A DNA stretch of 64,000 nt from Candidatus Bathyarchaeota archaeon (GCA_963702095.1 OY969706.1:2848001-2912000); one strand, 5' to 3'. Counted from the stretch's first letter, positions 1 to 10,416 are shown. Translations and numbers: made by a program. Notes: generated from the letters alone by a model not told the origin.

Positions 1-297
1 TATTGTGTTTTCCCAGCCTGCGTATTTGTCTTCGAGGCGCAGTTTGGTAAAGCGTGTGGCTTCCATCGGCGGCACAGGGTAATACTTGAAGGGGCGGGTT
101 TCGCTGCTTTTGATCCAGCCTTTCTCTTTTAAGCTGTTTAGGACTTCATACATTTTGCTGTAGGGTACACTAGCTTGCTCGCTGACCTCCATCGCCGTCA
201 TCTCTCCGCCCTCAAGTAGAACTATGTAGGCGTCGATTTCGTAGGCGTTTAAGCCCATTTCACGTAGTGTGCTGCGAGTTTCCTCGTTTAATGCCAT
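1..297 (-). CDS. TrmB-family transcriptional regulator (partial, runs off window start)
   Basis: Hand translation from ATG at 297: MALNEETRSTLREMGLNAYEIDAYIVLLEGGEMTAMEVSEQASVPYSKMYEVLNSLKEKGWI, a typical TrmB N-terminal wHTH; absent from the ORF track because truncated. Confidence 0.85.
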   Translation of the reverse strand, partial: MALNEETRSTLREMGLNAYEIDAYIVLLEGGEMTAMEVSEQASVPYSKMYEVLNSLKEKGWIKSSETRPFKYYPVPPMEATRFTKLRLEDKYAGWENTI

Positions 298-403
298 GGT
301 TTTCCCCTCAATCACCGTAGGAAACGTTTGGAAACTTATTTATCATCACTCTACTCTTAAGCACTTCGACTATAACGCTTACACGTTAGAAGGCAAATCC
401 TGC

Positions 404-1894
404 ATGAAAGATATTAAACCGACAAGAAGCATCTGTCCCGAATGTCTAAAACCCCTCGACGCAACCATCTACGAGGACGAAGGCAAAGTCTTCATTAAAA
501 AAACGTGCCCAGAACACGGTTCCTTCAACGAGCTCTACTGGTCAGACTACGACCAATACGTCAGGGCCGAAAAATTCCGCAGCGAAGGCACAGGCGTGGA
601 GAATCCCCGCACAGAGAAGAAGCTCGGTTGCCCAAGCGACTGCGGTTTGTGCCCAGAACATCATTCCCACACTGCGTTGGCAATCATTGACGTAACTAAC
701 CGCTGTAACCTCAAATGCCCCGTCTGCTTCGCCAACGCAAACTACGCCGGCTACGTGTATGAACCCACTATGGAGCAGGTTGTGGGCATGCTTGAAAATC
801 TGCGCGCTACCAAACCTGTGCCGGCGCAGGCGCTTCAGTTCAGCGGCGGAGAACCCACTATCCGCAAAGAACTCCCCGACATGATCCGAAAAGCCAAAGA
901 ACTCGGCTTCAACCACGTCGAAGTCAACACCAACGGTTTACGTATCAGCCAAGACCTCGAGTACTGTAAGGAACTCAAAGAAGCAGGCGTCAGCACCATC
1001 TACCTCCAGTTCGACGGGTTAACTCCCGCCGTTTACAAGTACATACGCGGCGTCGACTTGCTTGACATAAAGATGAAGGCGATTGAGAACCTCCGCGCTG
1101 CAGGGTGGAACAGCGCTGTCTTGGTGGTCACACTGATTAAAGGCGTCAACGACGGCCAACTGGGCGACATAATAAACTTCGCCGCCAAAAACAGCGACGT
1201 AATCCGATGCATCAACATCCAACCAGTTTCGCTATGCGGGCGCTTGCCAGCTGACGAACGGGAAAAGATGCGTATCACCATCCCCGACTTCATGAAACGA
1301 ATCGAAGAACAAACAAATGGCGTCATCAAAGTTGACGACTTCTACCCTGTCCCCGTAGTGGTTCCTGTCTCTAAAGCTGTCGGCGCAATCAAAGACAAAC
1401 GCTACGTCGAATTCACAGCGCATCCACACTGTGGCATGGCAACCTTCGTTTTCATCGAGAACGGCAAAATCACACCTATCACACGCTACGGTAACATTGA
1501 CAAGTTCGTTGCGACCCTTCAAGGCGTCTACGACGATGCTTCCAAAGGAAACAAAAGCAAAGCCAAAATCCGCCTCGTGGGCGCAGGCAGACACATCAAA
1601 TTCAGTTTCCTACGCAAATACGTCCTCAAAGTATTGATGAACGGCGACTACAAATCGCTAGGCGACTTCGCCCGCTCCGCTGTGTTGATTTCATCGATGC
1701 ACTTCATGGACCCCTACAACTTTGACCTCGAACGGGTTAGCCGCTGTGTCATCCACTATGCTGTTCCAGACGGCCGCATCATACCCTTCTGCACTATGAA
1801 CTCCATCCATCGAGCCTCGGTTGAGAAGAAACTTGGCGTTCCCATCGAAGAATGGCAAAATAAACATAAGGTTGAAATAAGCCAGACAGTCTAG
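404..1894 (+). CDS. tes: Radical SAM tetraether lipid synthase (Tes / GDGT-MAS, MJ0619 family)
   Basis: N-terminal CPEC..CPEH and CPSDCGLCPEH metal sites, radical SAM motif CNLKCPVC, GGEPT, C-terminal HCG, MHFMDPYNFD, RCVIHY, PFCT; start moved to ATG 404 (MKDIK). Confidence 0.88.
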   Translation: MKDIKPTRSICPECLKPLDATIYEDEGKVFIKKTCPEHGSFNELYWSDYDQYVRAEKFRSEGTGVENPRTEKKLGCPSDCGLCPEHHSHTALAIIDVTNRCNLKCPVCFANANYAGYVYEPTMEQVVGMLENLRATKPVPAQALQFSGGEPTIRKELPDMIRKAKELGFNHVEVNTNGLRISQDLEYCKELKEAGVSTIYLQFDGLTPAVYKYIRGVDLLDIKMKAIENLRAAGWNSAVLVVTLIKGVNDGQLGDIINFAAKNSDVIRCINIQPVSLCGRLPADEREKMRITIPDFMKRIEEQTNGVIKVDDFYPVPVVVPVSKAVGAIKDKRYVEFTAHPHCGMATFVFIENGKITPITRYGNIDKFVATLQGVYDDASKGNKSKAKIRLVGAGRHIKFSFLRKYVLKVLMNGDYKSLGDFARSAVLISSMHFMDPYNFDLERVSRCVIHYAVPDGRIIPFCTMNSIHRASVEKKLGVPIEEWQNKHKVEISQTV

Positions 1895-1928
1895 ATGTTG
1901 GAATTAAAAATTTACTAAGGTGAAATTA

Positions 1929-2258
1929 ATGGGTGGAAAAAAGAAGCTTGGCATAAAGCAGATGGAGAAGCAGCAAGGAGACAAAGCAGCAGAGGATAGA
2001 GCGAAGAAGAAGGACGAGAAGAAATCCGGTCCGCCACAGAAGAAAACAACTATAGGCATCCTGCCTCCCGACGTTAAAGACCAAAAAATCGTTGCTGAAG
2101 TCAAAAAAATGAATGTCCTAACACCATACGCTGTTGCGACACGTTACGGCGTACGTCTCAGTGCAGCAAAAGACTTCCTCGAACAGTTGGAAGCCAACGG
2201 TGCAATCCAACTTGTCTCCGGAAGCCACAGCCTAAAAATCTACAAGCCAGCAGCCTAG
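1929..2258 (+). CDS. rps25e: 30S ribosomal protein S25e (eS25)
   Basis: Basic MGGKKK N-terminus and LTPYAVATRYGVRLSAAKDFLEQLE winged helix typical of eS25. Confidence 0.85.
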   Translation: MGGKKKLGIKQMEKQQGDKAAEDRAKKKDEKKSGPPQKKTTIGILPPDVKDQKIVAEVKKMNVLTPYAVATRYGVRLSAAKDFLEQLEANGAIQLVSGSHSLKIYKPAA

Positions 2259-2305
2259 CTGCTAAACTTTAATTTTATTTGGCGCGTATTTGGAGTTAAG
2301 CTGTT

Positions 2306-2779
2306 TTGAGTTTTCCCGAAAAAGTCTACACTGGCAAAGAAGTCAAAGTTGCCCGTGCCCTCGTTGAGCAAGGTTACCGGCATAACTTAGCGGTTAATGG
2401 TCAGTCAGATTTCACGTGGAAAGTTAAAGAAGCCCTTGAATACGTAAAAACCGCAGGTTACTACGATTACCTCCAAACCTACATCCGTGAAATCGTGGAA
2501 ATCGACGGCATGACCCAGCTGAGGCAGGCAGAAGTCGCCATCTGGGCTAACAAATTCGCCGTAGACAACCCCATAGACGCCGCCAGTTTGTTTATTCAAA
2601 AAGCCTTCAGTATGCAGGAGTACTTGCAGGGTAAACTCTACTATGGTGGCGTCGCAGAGAAACGCTCCATAGCTAAACGCATGGAATTCCTCGAAGTGCT
2701 CAAAGAGAAAACCGACAGCAAAGAAGTCAGGGAAGAATGTGAACGGCTGCTTTCTCTTTGGAGGGAAAGCTCGGTTTAG
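2306..2779 (+). CDS. Hypothetical protein
   Basis: 157-aa ORF with TTG start and normal composition, fills the gap between neighbours. Confidence 0.7.
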   Translation: MSFPEKVYTGKEVKVARALVEQGYRHNLAVNGQSDFTWKVKEALEYVKTAGYYDYLQTYIREIVEIDGMTQLRQAEVAIWANKFAVDNPIDAASLFIQKAFSMQEYLQGKLYYGGVAEKRSIAKRMEFLEVLKEKTDSKEVREECERLLSLWRESSV

Positions 2780-3169
2780 TTATGCCAGTACAACTTTGAT
2801 AGTTGAGCCGCTTTTAACTTGATTAAACAGGTCCAGGTTGCTTGTTATTTTCCCCAGTATGCTTACTGGACTGTAGGGTTGGGATTTGCCGTAGAAGACG
2901 CAGAGTGCGCCTCCCATTGGCCAAAATGCGATGGTACCCGTCTCAACCGTGGGTTTAGCTTTTTCTTCACCCATTTTTATGGGAATTTCAAAGTATACTT
3001 CTTCCTTATAGAGTGCCGCTCTGCCCTCCATTGGAAGCTTGCGTACGATGTAGTCTATGGTTCGTGGAGCCATGAACCTGACCAATTCGCCTTCTGCTTC
3101 GCCTAAACCTTCTATGAGGAACTTTATTTTAATGCGAGAGATGCCTTCATCGTTACTCAAACTCTTCAT
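2780..3169 (-). CDS. Cyclophilin-like fold protein (DUF369-like)
   Basis: EEVYFEIP..GTIAFWPMGGALCVFYGKSQPYSPVSILGKI signature. Confidence 0.8.
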   Translation of the reverse strand: MKSLSNDEGISRIKIKFLIEGLGEAEGELVRFMAPRTIDYIVRKLPMEGRAALYKEEVYFEIPIKMGEEKAKPTVETGTIAFWPMGGALCVFYGKSQPYSPVSILGKITSNLDLFNQVKSGSTIKVVLA

Positions 3170-3277
3170 ACCCCTTTACAGAAAACCACAAATTATGTGT
3201 GAATCAAAAAAGTATAGTGTGAAAGTGCAATTTAACCCTTACACTTTCATATACCCTATTTAGAGCTGTTGCTTTGT

Positions 3278-4387
3278 CTATAGAAGGCTCAGCACTGTCT
3301 CGCCGATGAACTCTACCTCTTGAGATGTGACTGCTGGATGAACTGGCAGCGAAAACACCTGTTTAGCTGCCTTCTCGGTTTCAGGCAATGCATGCGCATC
3401 GTAGTTATCGCGGTAATATGGCATCGTGTTTATCGGGTGGACGTAGTAGGCTTCTGCACCTATGCCTTTGGCTTTAAGGTCGTCTAGGAGCTTATTACGT
3501 TGGGCTTCAGTAGCGTCGATTAATCTGGCTGTGTAGAGGTACCAACTGTGCTGGCAACTCTCAGTTTCATAGGGCAAGACAAGTTTCTTGGATTTAGAGA
3601 GAATTCCAGTCAGTTGCTTAGCGTTCTCGCGGCGTTTAGCAACAAATGTAGGCAGCTTCTTCAACTGCACGATGCCGATTGCGGCTTCAAGCTCTGGCAA
3701 TCGGTAGTTGCTTCCCAACATCTCCGAGGCATACTTGGCTTTTTCACCATGAGTGCGAATCATACGTAGTTTCTCGTCTACCTCGTCGCTGTCGGTGGTG
3801 ACTACGCCGCCTTCGCCTGTCATCATGTTCTTGCTTGCATAGAGACTCCAGCATGCAGCATCAGAAAATGACCCAGCTGGCTTCCCAGCGTAGGTGGCGC
3901 CATGTGCCTGCGCAGCATCCTCAACCAGTGCCAAACCGTGTTTCTCCGCAATTTCCCGCATCGGCTTCATGTCAGCTGAGAAACCATACAGATCCACCGG
4001 CAGAATTGCCTTGGTTTTTTCGGTTATGGCTTCTTCGACTGCTGCTGGGGAGAGCGTGTAGGTTTTAGGGTTAATGTCTGCGAAGACTGGTCTTGCCCCG
4101 GCTAACGCGACTGCTTCAGCGGTGGCTACGAATGTGAAGCTGGGCACGATTACCTCGTCGTCCCGTTTGACGCCACAAGCCATGACTGCTGAGTGGAGCG
4201 CTGCGGTGCCTGTGTTCACGGCTACTGCGTGTTTGACGCCGGCTAATTGGGCGAAGAGTTTCTCAAACTCCAGAACTTTTGGTCCTGCGCCTAAGGCGTT
4301 GGTTACGGGTCCTTTGCGCATAACTTCAATGACTGCTTGGACTTCTGCTTCATCAGTGCTGGGTCTGTTAATCGGTATCATTTTCAT
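3278..4387 (-). CDS. DegT/DnrJ/EryC1/StrS PLP-dependent aminotransferase
   Basis: NTGTAALH, PSFTFVAT, VEDAAQAHGA, SLYASKNMMTGEGG motifs. Confidence 0.92.
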   Translation of the reverse strand: MKMIPINRPSTDEAEVQAVIEVMRKGPVTNALGAGPKVLEFEKLFAQLAGVKHAVAVNTGTAALHSAVMACGVKRDDEVIVPSFTFVATAEAVALAGARPVFADINPKTYTLSPAAVEEAITEKTKAILPVDLYGFSADMKPMREIAEKHGLALVEDAAQAHGATYAGKPAGSFSDAACWSLYASKNMMTGEGGVVTTDSDEVDEKLRMIRTHGEKAKYASEMLGSNYRLPELEAAIGIVQLKKLPTFVAKRRENAKQLTGILSKSKKLVLPYETESCQHSWYLYTARLIDATEAQRNKLLDDLKAKGIGAEAYYVHPINTMPYYRDNYDAHALPETEKAAKQVFSLPVHPAVTSQEVEFIGETVLSLL

Positions 4388-4582
4388 GGGTCTCCATTTA
4401 CAATAACTGGCCTCTTCTGGTATATTTCGATTATCGCCAAAACAAGTTAAAATTTGATTAACAATCAGGCTAGAGGAAGCCTGTTTATAAAAACGTTTTT
4501 CCTACTTTTGGGCGGTGACTGCACGGGTACAGTCACATACGCTAAACTATCACAGCGGCTACCCTCAGTTGAGGTTAATGTT

Positions 4583-4969
4583 GTGCTTGGAGAATTAATC
4601 GGTGAATTCACCGGCAAAAACACTGGTTACCGAGTTTTAAGCGACGGAAAAATTGAAACATCCAATCAAGGCGCAGGCAAAATCCTTGGCATGCAAGCCT
4701 TCATCATGTCCACCGCAGTTGCCACCATGGCAAACGGCATATTCATGGGAGAAGTCAACAGCCTCATAACACTCATGGACGGCAGAGGAGTAATGCTCAA
4801 AGGTAACGCGGTTAGTTGGCAGGGCGGCAAAGGCGGCGTCACCCGAGCGGCATCCATCCAGACAACCCAGTCAGAGAAACTGCAAAGGCTTGTCAAAACA
4901 GTTCTGGTGCATGAATACGAGACCGATGAGATGGGTAATTGGGTGGGCAAAATCTGGGAGTGGAAATAA
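4583..4969 (+). CDS. Hypothetical beta-rich protein
   Basis: Probable GTG start at 4583 (MLGELIGEFTGK...KIWEWK) inside ORF 4454-4969. Confidence 0.7.
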   Translation: MLGELIGEFTGKNTGYRVLSDGKIETSNQGAGKILGMQAFIMSTAVATMANGIFMGEVNSLITLMDGRGVMLKGNAVSWQGGKGGVTRAASIQTTQSEKLQRLVKTVLVHEYETDEMGNWVGKIWEWK

Positions 4970-6100
4970 CTACTCTACAGTTAACTCCTGCGTAATCTTG
5001 TAATCCGCTACAACCGTGACTCCGCGCTTCTTGAACTGGCAATCCAACTCCAAATCGCCCGTGTCAACCCTGAGGCTCTTGAGCCTGTCCAGCTTGCTCT
5101 TAGTCGCGATCACCACGATGTTGTCTAAGCCGACTTGCCAAATTACTTTGCTGCTGATTTGCTGATTGCCCCTGCCAAAAATGAAGCCTTGTCCGCCGAT
5201 GGGGGTAACGATGATTTTTGCGGGTTTGTCGCTGATTTTTTCGAGGATTTGTTTTTCGTTGACGTCTCTGGCGACTATTTGCTTGTGGAGGAAGAGGTCT
5301 ACTCCGAGCAACGTTTTTTTCTGGTCCAAGAGGTCGGCGACTGTTCGTGTGGTGGTTCCGGGGCCAACTATGTAGAGGGTGTCGGGTTGCATTTCTTCGA
5401 TGATGCAGACGGCGATGGCTGCTTGATTCTCCACTTCGTTTTCTGTGGTGGCGCTTTCCATCTTGTTGCCCTGGATAAGGTGCGGTTCAAAGGGGCTAAG
5501 CATGTAACCGTAGAGTTCTGCTGAGAGGTGCCCTTGGCGGAAAGCTTCTTCGTCGATATCCATAACTTCGGCTTCGCGGACAGGCAACCCGCCCCAGAGA
5601 AACTGGATGGCAACTCTTGCGGCGGCTTGCGGGCTGATGGCGAATAGAGCGCTATGCATCTTGACGCCCGTGGGCACTCCGAGCACTGGCAGTTTCATGT
5701 CAACGGCTTTTTGAATGTCGCGGGTGGTTCCGTCGCCGCCGCAGTAAACCAGCAAATCCACGCCCTCCTCGACGATGGCTTTGGCGATGGTTTGGGTGTC
5801 TTCGGGGGCGGTCTCGGTTTTTGCTTCACCGATGACTCTGCAGGTGTAGCCCTGTTTTTTTGCTTCGTTCTCACCCATTTCGCCTGCGCCTACGACCAGT
5901 TTGAGGTGGGCTTTGGCGGTGGCGATTTCTAATAAAAAAGTTTCCGCGCGCTGTGCAGCTATGGGTTTGGCGCCGAGTGCGATGGCTTGTTGTAGGATGG
6001 CTTTGCCGTCTGTGCCTTTAAGTCCGACGGCTCCGCCCATGCCTGCGACTGGGTTTACGATGAAGCCGATTGTTTTTTGGGGAATCGCTTGAGTTGTCAA
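4970..6100 (-). CDS. ATP-NAD/AcoX kinase family protein
   Basis: IVNPVAGMGG, GGDGTTRD, PTGVKMHS, GGQGFIFGRGNQQ motifs. Confidence 0.85.
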   Translation of the reverse strand: MTTQAIPQKTIGFIVNPVAGMGGAVGLKGTDGKAILQQAIALGAKPIAAQRAETFLLEIATAKAHLKLVVGAGEMGENEAKKQGYTCRVIGEAKTETAPEDTQTIAKAIVEEGVDLLVYCGGDGTTRDIQKAVDMKLPVLGVPTGVKMHSALFAISPQAAARVAIQFLWGGLPVREAEVMDIDEEAFRQGHLSAELYGYMLSPFEPHLIQGNKMESATTENEVENQAAIAVCIIEEMQPDTLYIVGPGTTTRTVADLLDQKKTLLGVDLFLHKQIVARDVNEKQILEKISDKPAKIIVTPIGGQGFIFGRGNQQISSKVIWQVGLDNIVVIATKSKLDRLKSLRVDTGDLELDCQFKKRGVTVVADYKITQELTVE

Positions 6101-6246
6101 GGGTTATGAGCCTCTGTAGTAAATAGGCGTGGGGGATTAATAAAAAGAAAAAATCGCTTTCCTCCACAGTTGTGCCTTTGCGGAAGAATTTGTCGGTCAC
6201 CATACCGTTCACCTTCAGGTTTGCTGCAAAAAAGGGGTGGGTTGAT

Positions 6247-6801
6247 TCATCGGCGGCGTATCCACCAGATGAACACTATTACGGCAGGGATTGCGAGGAT
6301 GGCTGCTATCCGGATCAGTATGGTCACCATGGAGCCGACGACGTAATCGATGTTCCAACTTGCAATCGCCGTGTTCCAGTAGCCGTCCACGTAGACTTTG
6401 ATGGCAAACGCGATGAAGAGCAACGGCGAAACTGCTCCTCCCGCACCAGACCGTTTTTTGCCTTTGGCGGATAGGGTGTACTGCCGTTTTTCTTCTTCGC
6501 TGATTCTCTTCCACCACAGCCAACCTACGCCTGCACCTACCGCTGCTGGAATACCGATTAGGACCAGCTCCCAAAAGATCGCGTAAAGAATGAACAGCAC
6601 GAGGTTGTTCATCGTCCAGAGGTTTAGACCCGATGGGACCAGCCCTGTTACCTGTGCGTTGCCTGTGAACCAGACAAAGACGTAGACGCCGCCTGCCGCC
6701 AGCAGTATTGCAGCTGCTATGAAAGCCGTGAAGGCACCCCAGTGCTTGCGAGTGAAGAGGCGCCAACCTGCGTCGGTTGAGATTTGGGTTGTTTGGGTCA
6801 T
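6247..6801 (-). CDS. Hypothetical membrane protein (about 4 TM)
   Basis: 184-aa ORF with several hydrophobic segments; 15 nt downstream of the DUF996 gene on the same strand. Confidence 0.75.
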   Translation of the reverse strand: MTQTTQISTDAGWRLFTRKHWGAFTAFIAAAILLAAGGVYVFVWFTGNAQVTGLVPSGLNLWTMNNLVLFILYAIFWELVLIGIPAAVGAGVGWLWWKRISEEEKRQYTLSAKGKKRSGAGGAVSPLLFIAFAIKVYVDGYWNTAIASWNIDYVVGSMVTILIRIAAILAIPAVIVFIWWIRRR

Positions 6802-6816
6802 GTTTTGCCGCTCCGT

Positions 6817-7455
6817 TTATGGTGTGGTTGCTGGTTGGGGTTGTTGTGCTGGTGGCTGCTGTGGGTACCCGTTTCCGTAGCCGTATCCGTTAGTGTAGGG
6901 CTGGTAGTCTTTGGGCTTCATGCTGGAGAAGCCTATTATGACGAATATCCACGAGACCAAGATCAGGAGCAAGCCGATACCAATTAGAGTCAGGTATGCT
7001 CCGACCATGAGCAGTGTTCCAGCGGTGGTAAATGCTGATTCGCCTGTCTTCTGTGCCAGTGTTTCATAGGCTTTCTTTAGGTGTGTTGCTGCCAGTACAT
7101 AGAATACGAATGCAATGACCAATCCGCTAACGATTGCAACTATGCCGCCTATGTTGCCTGCTGAGAATGCGAATGGCGCACCTGAGAGTAATCCTGTGAT
7201 TGCAAAGCTAACAACCCCAACGCCTATCGCTACTGCCGCCGCCATCACTGCGACTATGTAGTATTTGAGGCCGGTCCAAGCATTTTGGTTAATGCTTTCG
7301 TCTTGGTAGTAGTATGAGAGTTCTTTGGTTGCTTTAAGGAGTAGAACTATGCCGATTATGGCAAGTACCCATCCCACGGTTGGAACTGGACCAAGCATGA
7401 TAAGGATTGATCCTTCTATTGCCAGTGTTTTGCTGTATTGGAAGTTTACGTTCAT
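6817..7455 (-). CDS. DUF996-family membrane protein
   Basis: SKTLAIEGSIL, LSYYYQDESI, LAQKTGESAFTTAGTLLMVGA patterns and Pro/Gln-rich tail; start set at ATG 7455. Confidence 0.78.
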   Translation of the reverse strand: MNVNFQYSKTLAIEGSILIMLGPVPTVGWVLAIIGIVLLLKATKELSYYYQDESINQNAWTGLKYYIVAVMAAAVAIGVGVVSFAITGLLSGAPFAFSAGNIGGIVAIVSGLVIAFVFYVLAATHLKKAYETLAQKTGESAFTTAGTLLMVGAYLTLIGIGLLLILVSWIFVIIGFSSMKPKDYQPYTNGYGYGNGYPQQPPAQQPQPATTP

Positions 7456-7539
7456 TTTGTTTTGCCTCCGATTTTCCGATGCATCCACTATAGCTAATTC
7501 CTGATATAGCCCTAACATTTAGAAGCCTGACACTATCGT

Positions 7540-7567
7540 TTAGAGATGCAACTCTAAGGGTTAGAGT
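7540..7567. promoter_or_regulatory. Putative operator with three TTAGAG half-sites between divergent genes
   Basis: TTAGAG(7540)-N6-CTCTAA(7552) plus perfect ACTCTAA-GGG-TTAGAGT (7551-7567). Confidence 0.5.
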
Positions 7568-7671
7568 CCCAAAAAAAACGTTTTAAGCCACTTCTGGGCT
7601 GGAGCTATATGGTTTTGGGGGATTAGGTTTTTATTCTAAACTGGCAACTTAGCTCCATAAGGGGTTCGGCG

Positions 7672-8151
7672 TTGGCAACTAAATCTCGAGGCATAAACGC
7701 GGACATACAGTCACCGCGCACACGGCTGCTGTACTTAATTTACAGTGCGCCCAACAGCCGCATCAAAGCCGCCCCCGGAACCAAAAGCAGCATCAGCACC
7801 GCCCTAGGCTACAAGTCGGACGGGCACTTCCACTACGACTGGAACTACCTGCTCGGCGCAAACATGATTGAGGAGAAAAACGGTTACTACCAAGTCACCG
7901 ACACAGGCAAAAAAGAGTTTGCACTGTACTCTACTGCGAGTATGAGTAACTGGATAATGGTGATTATGGGCATAGCCATCGTTTCTTTCACTGTCGGACT
8001 GCATCTTGAGTTGCTGCCGGTTTGGAGTGTAGCGTTTTTCGGCGCCGCATTGATCATGGTGGGCGGCATGTTTTTGCTTGTGGGCAAAAAAGCTAAACCT
8101 AACCTCTCCAGCGAAGCCAAAGAACTACTAAAAGAACTAAACAGGCGCTAA
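7672..8151 (+). CDS. Putative membrane-anchored winged-helix regulator
   Basis: N-terminal wHTH-like region ending YLLGANMIEEKNGYYQVTDTGK, followed by two TM helices. Confidence 0.6.
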   Translation: MATKSRGINADIQSPRTRLLYLIYSAPNSRIKAAPGTKSSISTALGYKSDGHFHYDWNYLLGANMIEEKNGYYQVTDTGKKEFALYSTASMSNWIMVIMGIAIVSFTVGLHLELLPVWSVAFFGAALIMVGGMFLLVGKKAKPNLSSEAKELLKELNRR

Positions 8152-8186
8152 AAACAAAAAAGAAAGGTTTGGGGTGGTCTGCGTCC

Positions 8187-9608
8187 CTAGTAGGTTTCGC
8201 AGCCGATGTATTGCTTACTGACTTCGTTTAGCCATGGATAGAGCTTGCGCAATTTCTCCATGGACTCCGCGACTTTCTCCGCAGGGTACTCATATGGTTG
8301 CAAGCGACCGTTGAAGTATTCCTCGTAAGCAGACATGTCAAAGAACCCGTGACCCGTCAAAGCAAACAGCAAAGTTTTGGGTTCGTTGGCTTGTTTGCAT
8401 CGGAGTGCTTCATCGATTACGACTTTGATTGCATGGGAAGCTTCTGGCGAGGGGATGATGCCTTCGCTGCGGATGAACACTTTGGCGGCGTCGAAAGCAG
8501 CCACCTGGTTCACTGCGAGGGTGCTGATTTGGTGTTCCTTTGCTAGGGCACTGATGGTGGGTGCGATGCCGTGGTAGCGGAGTCCGCCTGCGTGGATGGG
8601 GGCTGGCATGAAGTCATGGCCCAAAGTGTGCATGGGCACCAGTGGGGTGAGTTTTGCGGTGTCGCCGTGGTCGTAGGTGTAGTAGCCACGGGTGACTTTG
8701 GGACATGCCGTGGGTTCGACGGCGATGAATTGGGTTTCTTTGGGTGCTTTCTTGCTGACTTTGTCGTAGTAGAAGGGCCAGTACAAGCCGCTGAAGCTGC
8801 TGCCGCCTCCTATGCAGCCGTAGACTGCGTCGGGGTAGTCTTCGACCATCGCCATCTGTTTCTGCGTTTCGAGTCCAGCGACGGTTTGGTGCATGCAAAC
8901 GTGGTTGAAGACGCTGCCGATGGTGTAGTTGGCTTTTTTGCCTGTTTTCTCGCTTTCCAAACTGTCCTCGACTGCTTCGCTGATTGCGATGCCTAAGCTG
9001 CCCTTGGTGTCTGGGTCTTCAGCTAAGATTTTTCTGCCTGCCGCGGTTCTGTTGCTGGGGCTGGCGATGCATTCTGCGCCGAAAGCGTTCATCATGGCTT
9101 TGCGGTAGGGTTTCTGGTCGAAGCTTGCGCGGACCATGTAGACTGTTGCTTCTAACCCAAACGTGTTAGCCGCAAACGAGAGTGCACTGCCCCATTGTCC
9201 GGCGCCGGTTTCGGTGGTGACGCGGGTGATGCCTTCTTTCATGTTGTAGTAGGCTTGGGGTACGGCGCTGTTGGCTTTGTGGCTGCCTGAGGGAGAGACG
9301 CCTTCGTATTTGTAGTAGATTTTCGCTGGAGTCTTGAGTGCTTTTTCTAGGCCTGTCGCCCGGAAGAGTGGGCTGGGTCTCCAGATCCTGTAGACTTCCC
9401 TTACTTCGTCGGGGATGTCTATCCAGCGTTCTTGGCTGATTTCTTGTCCGATGATTGCTTTGGGGAAAATTTTTGGTACTATGCCGACGCCTGGTTTGCC
9501 TGTTTCCGCTTCGATGAAGGGCGGCAGGGGGTGAGGTAGGTCGGGGGCTATGTTGTACCATTGTTTTGGTATGTCTGATTCTTTTAGTAGGATTTTTTTG
9601 TCTGGCAT
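8187..9608 (-). CDS. trpB2: TrpB2-type tryptophan synthase beta chain
   Basis: IPKQWYNI N-terminus, SGSHK PLP lysine, [18 protein letters not shown]. Confidence 0.92.
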   Translation of the reverse strand: MPDKKILLKESDIPKQWYNIAPDLPHPLPPFIEAETGKPGVGIVPKIFPKAIIGQEISQERWIDIPDEVREVYRIWRPSPLFRATGLEKALKTPAKIYYKYEGVSPSGSHKANSAVPQAYYNMKEGITRVTTETGAGQWGSALSFAANTFGLEATVYMVRASFDQKPYRKAMMNAFGAECIASPSNRTAAGRKILAEDPDTKGSLGIAISEAVEDSLESEKTGKKANYTIGSVFNHVCMHQTVAGLETQKQMAMVEDYPDAVYGCIGGGSSFSGLYWPFYYDKVSKKAPKETQFIAVEPTACPKVTRGYYTYDHGDTAKLTPLVPMHTLGHDFMPAPIHAGGLRYHGIAPTISALAKEHQISTLAVNQVAAFDAAKVFIRSEGIIPSPEASHAIKVVIDEALRCKQANEPKTLLFALTGHGFFDMSAYEEYFNGRLQPYEYPAEKVAESMEKLRKLYPWLNEVSKQYIGCETY

Positions 9609-9754
9609 TCAGTTCGCCTTTGCAGTGATCTGTTCTTGAAAGTTTTATTTAAGGCTTTTCTGTACAGAAATGTACGTGGTGGTTTGAGGAGCTGGTAAAC
9701 GCTAAACAACACATTTATACTTAGATGCACAGAACAATGCATCAGCGAGCTAAA

Positions 9755-10258
9755 ATGTGGAAGAAAATCGAAAGCCAACTCGGCAACTACCCCGAACGCC
9801 TAAAAGTCGCCAGAGTCCTCATCGAAAACGGCCTCAGCGCCCAAAATGACAAAATCTACCTCAACCAAATCGAAATTCCCCCTGTCAGAGTCGCCCGAGT
9901 CGCAGGCGTCGACCGCCGAACCGTCAACGAAACCCTCCACGCCATCCACGACAACCCCGAGTTGCGCATGATTTTCGAGGAAATCCGTCCCGCAGGCCAC
10001 AGCCTAAAAGAAATCGCTAAACACCTCAACCTAGGTGTGGTAGAAATCAGCGTAGTCAACGCCAGCTCCCCCGGCATCCTCTCCAGCGCCGCCGTGATAT
10101 TAAACAGGGCAGGTTTGAGTATACGCCAAGCCATCGTGGACGACCCTGAGCTGTCTCCTGAACCGAAGTTGACCTTTATTGTGGAACGCAAAATCCCCGG
10201 TGAACTCATCCCCGAGTTGCTAAGGATTCCAGGCGTCGCCAAAGTCTCTGTGTACTAG
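9755..10258 (+). CDS. HTH plus ACT amino-acid-binding regulator (COG2150-like)
   Basis: IEIPPVRVARVAGVDRRTV HTH and PGIL..LSIRQAIVDDPEL ACT domain. Confidence 0.8.
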   Translation: MWKKIESQLGNYPERLKVARVLIENGLSAQNDKIYLNQIEIPPVRVARVAGVDRRTVNETLHAIHDNPELRMIFEEIRPAGHSLKEIAKHLNLGVVEISVVNASSPGILSSAAVILNRAGLSIRQAIVDDPELSPEPKLTFIVERKIPGELIPELLRIPGVAKVSVY

Positions 10259-10416
10259 ACGTTAGGCGTATGTGTGCAAGAGCATGCTTCTTTGTAGCTA
10301 TGCTTGCACAGTAACAAGCTTTTATTAGCATTATCTACCTTTAGAGTTCCTGTAGCGTTTTATAATTCTTCGCCAGCCGTTTCTGGTCTGAATTTTTAGG
10401 GTAAGGCTATGTTGTA

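Noticed and set aside
10261-10316. Integron attC site (GTTAGGC plus bulged hairpin TGTGCA..TGCACA)
   Set aside because: The GTT and AAC boxes are in the wrong order for attC, and there is no cassette array or IntI; kept only as a possible terminator or operator.
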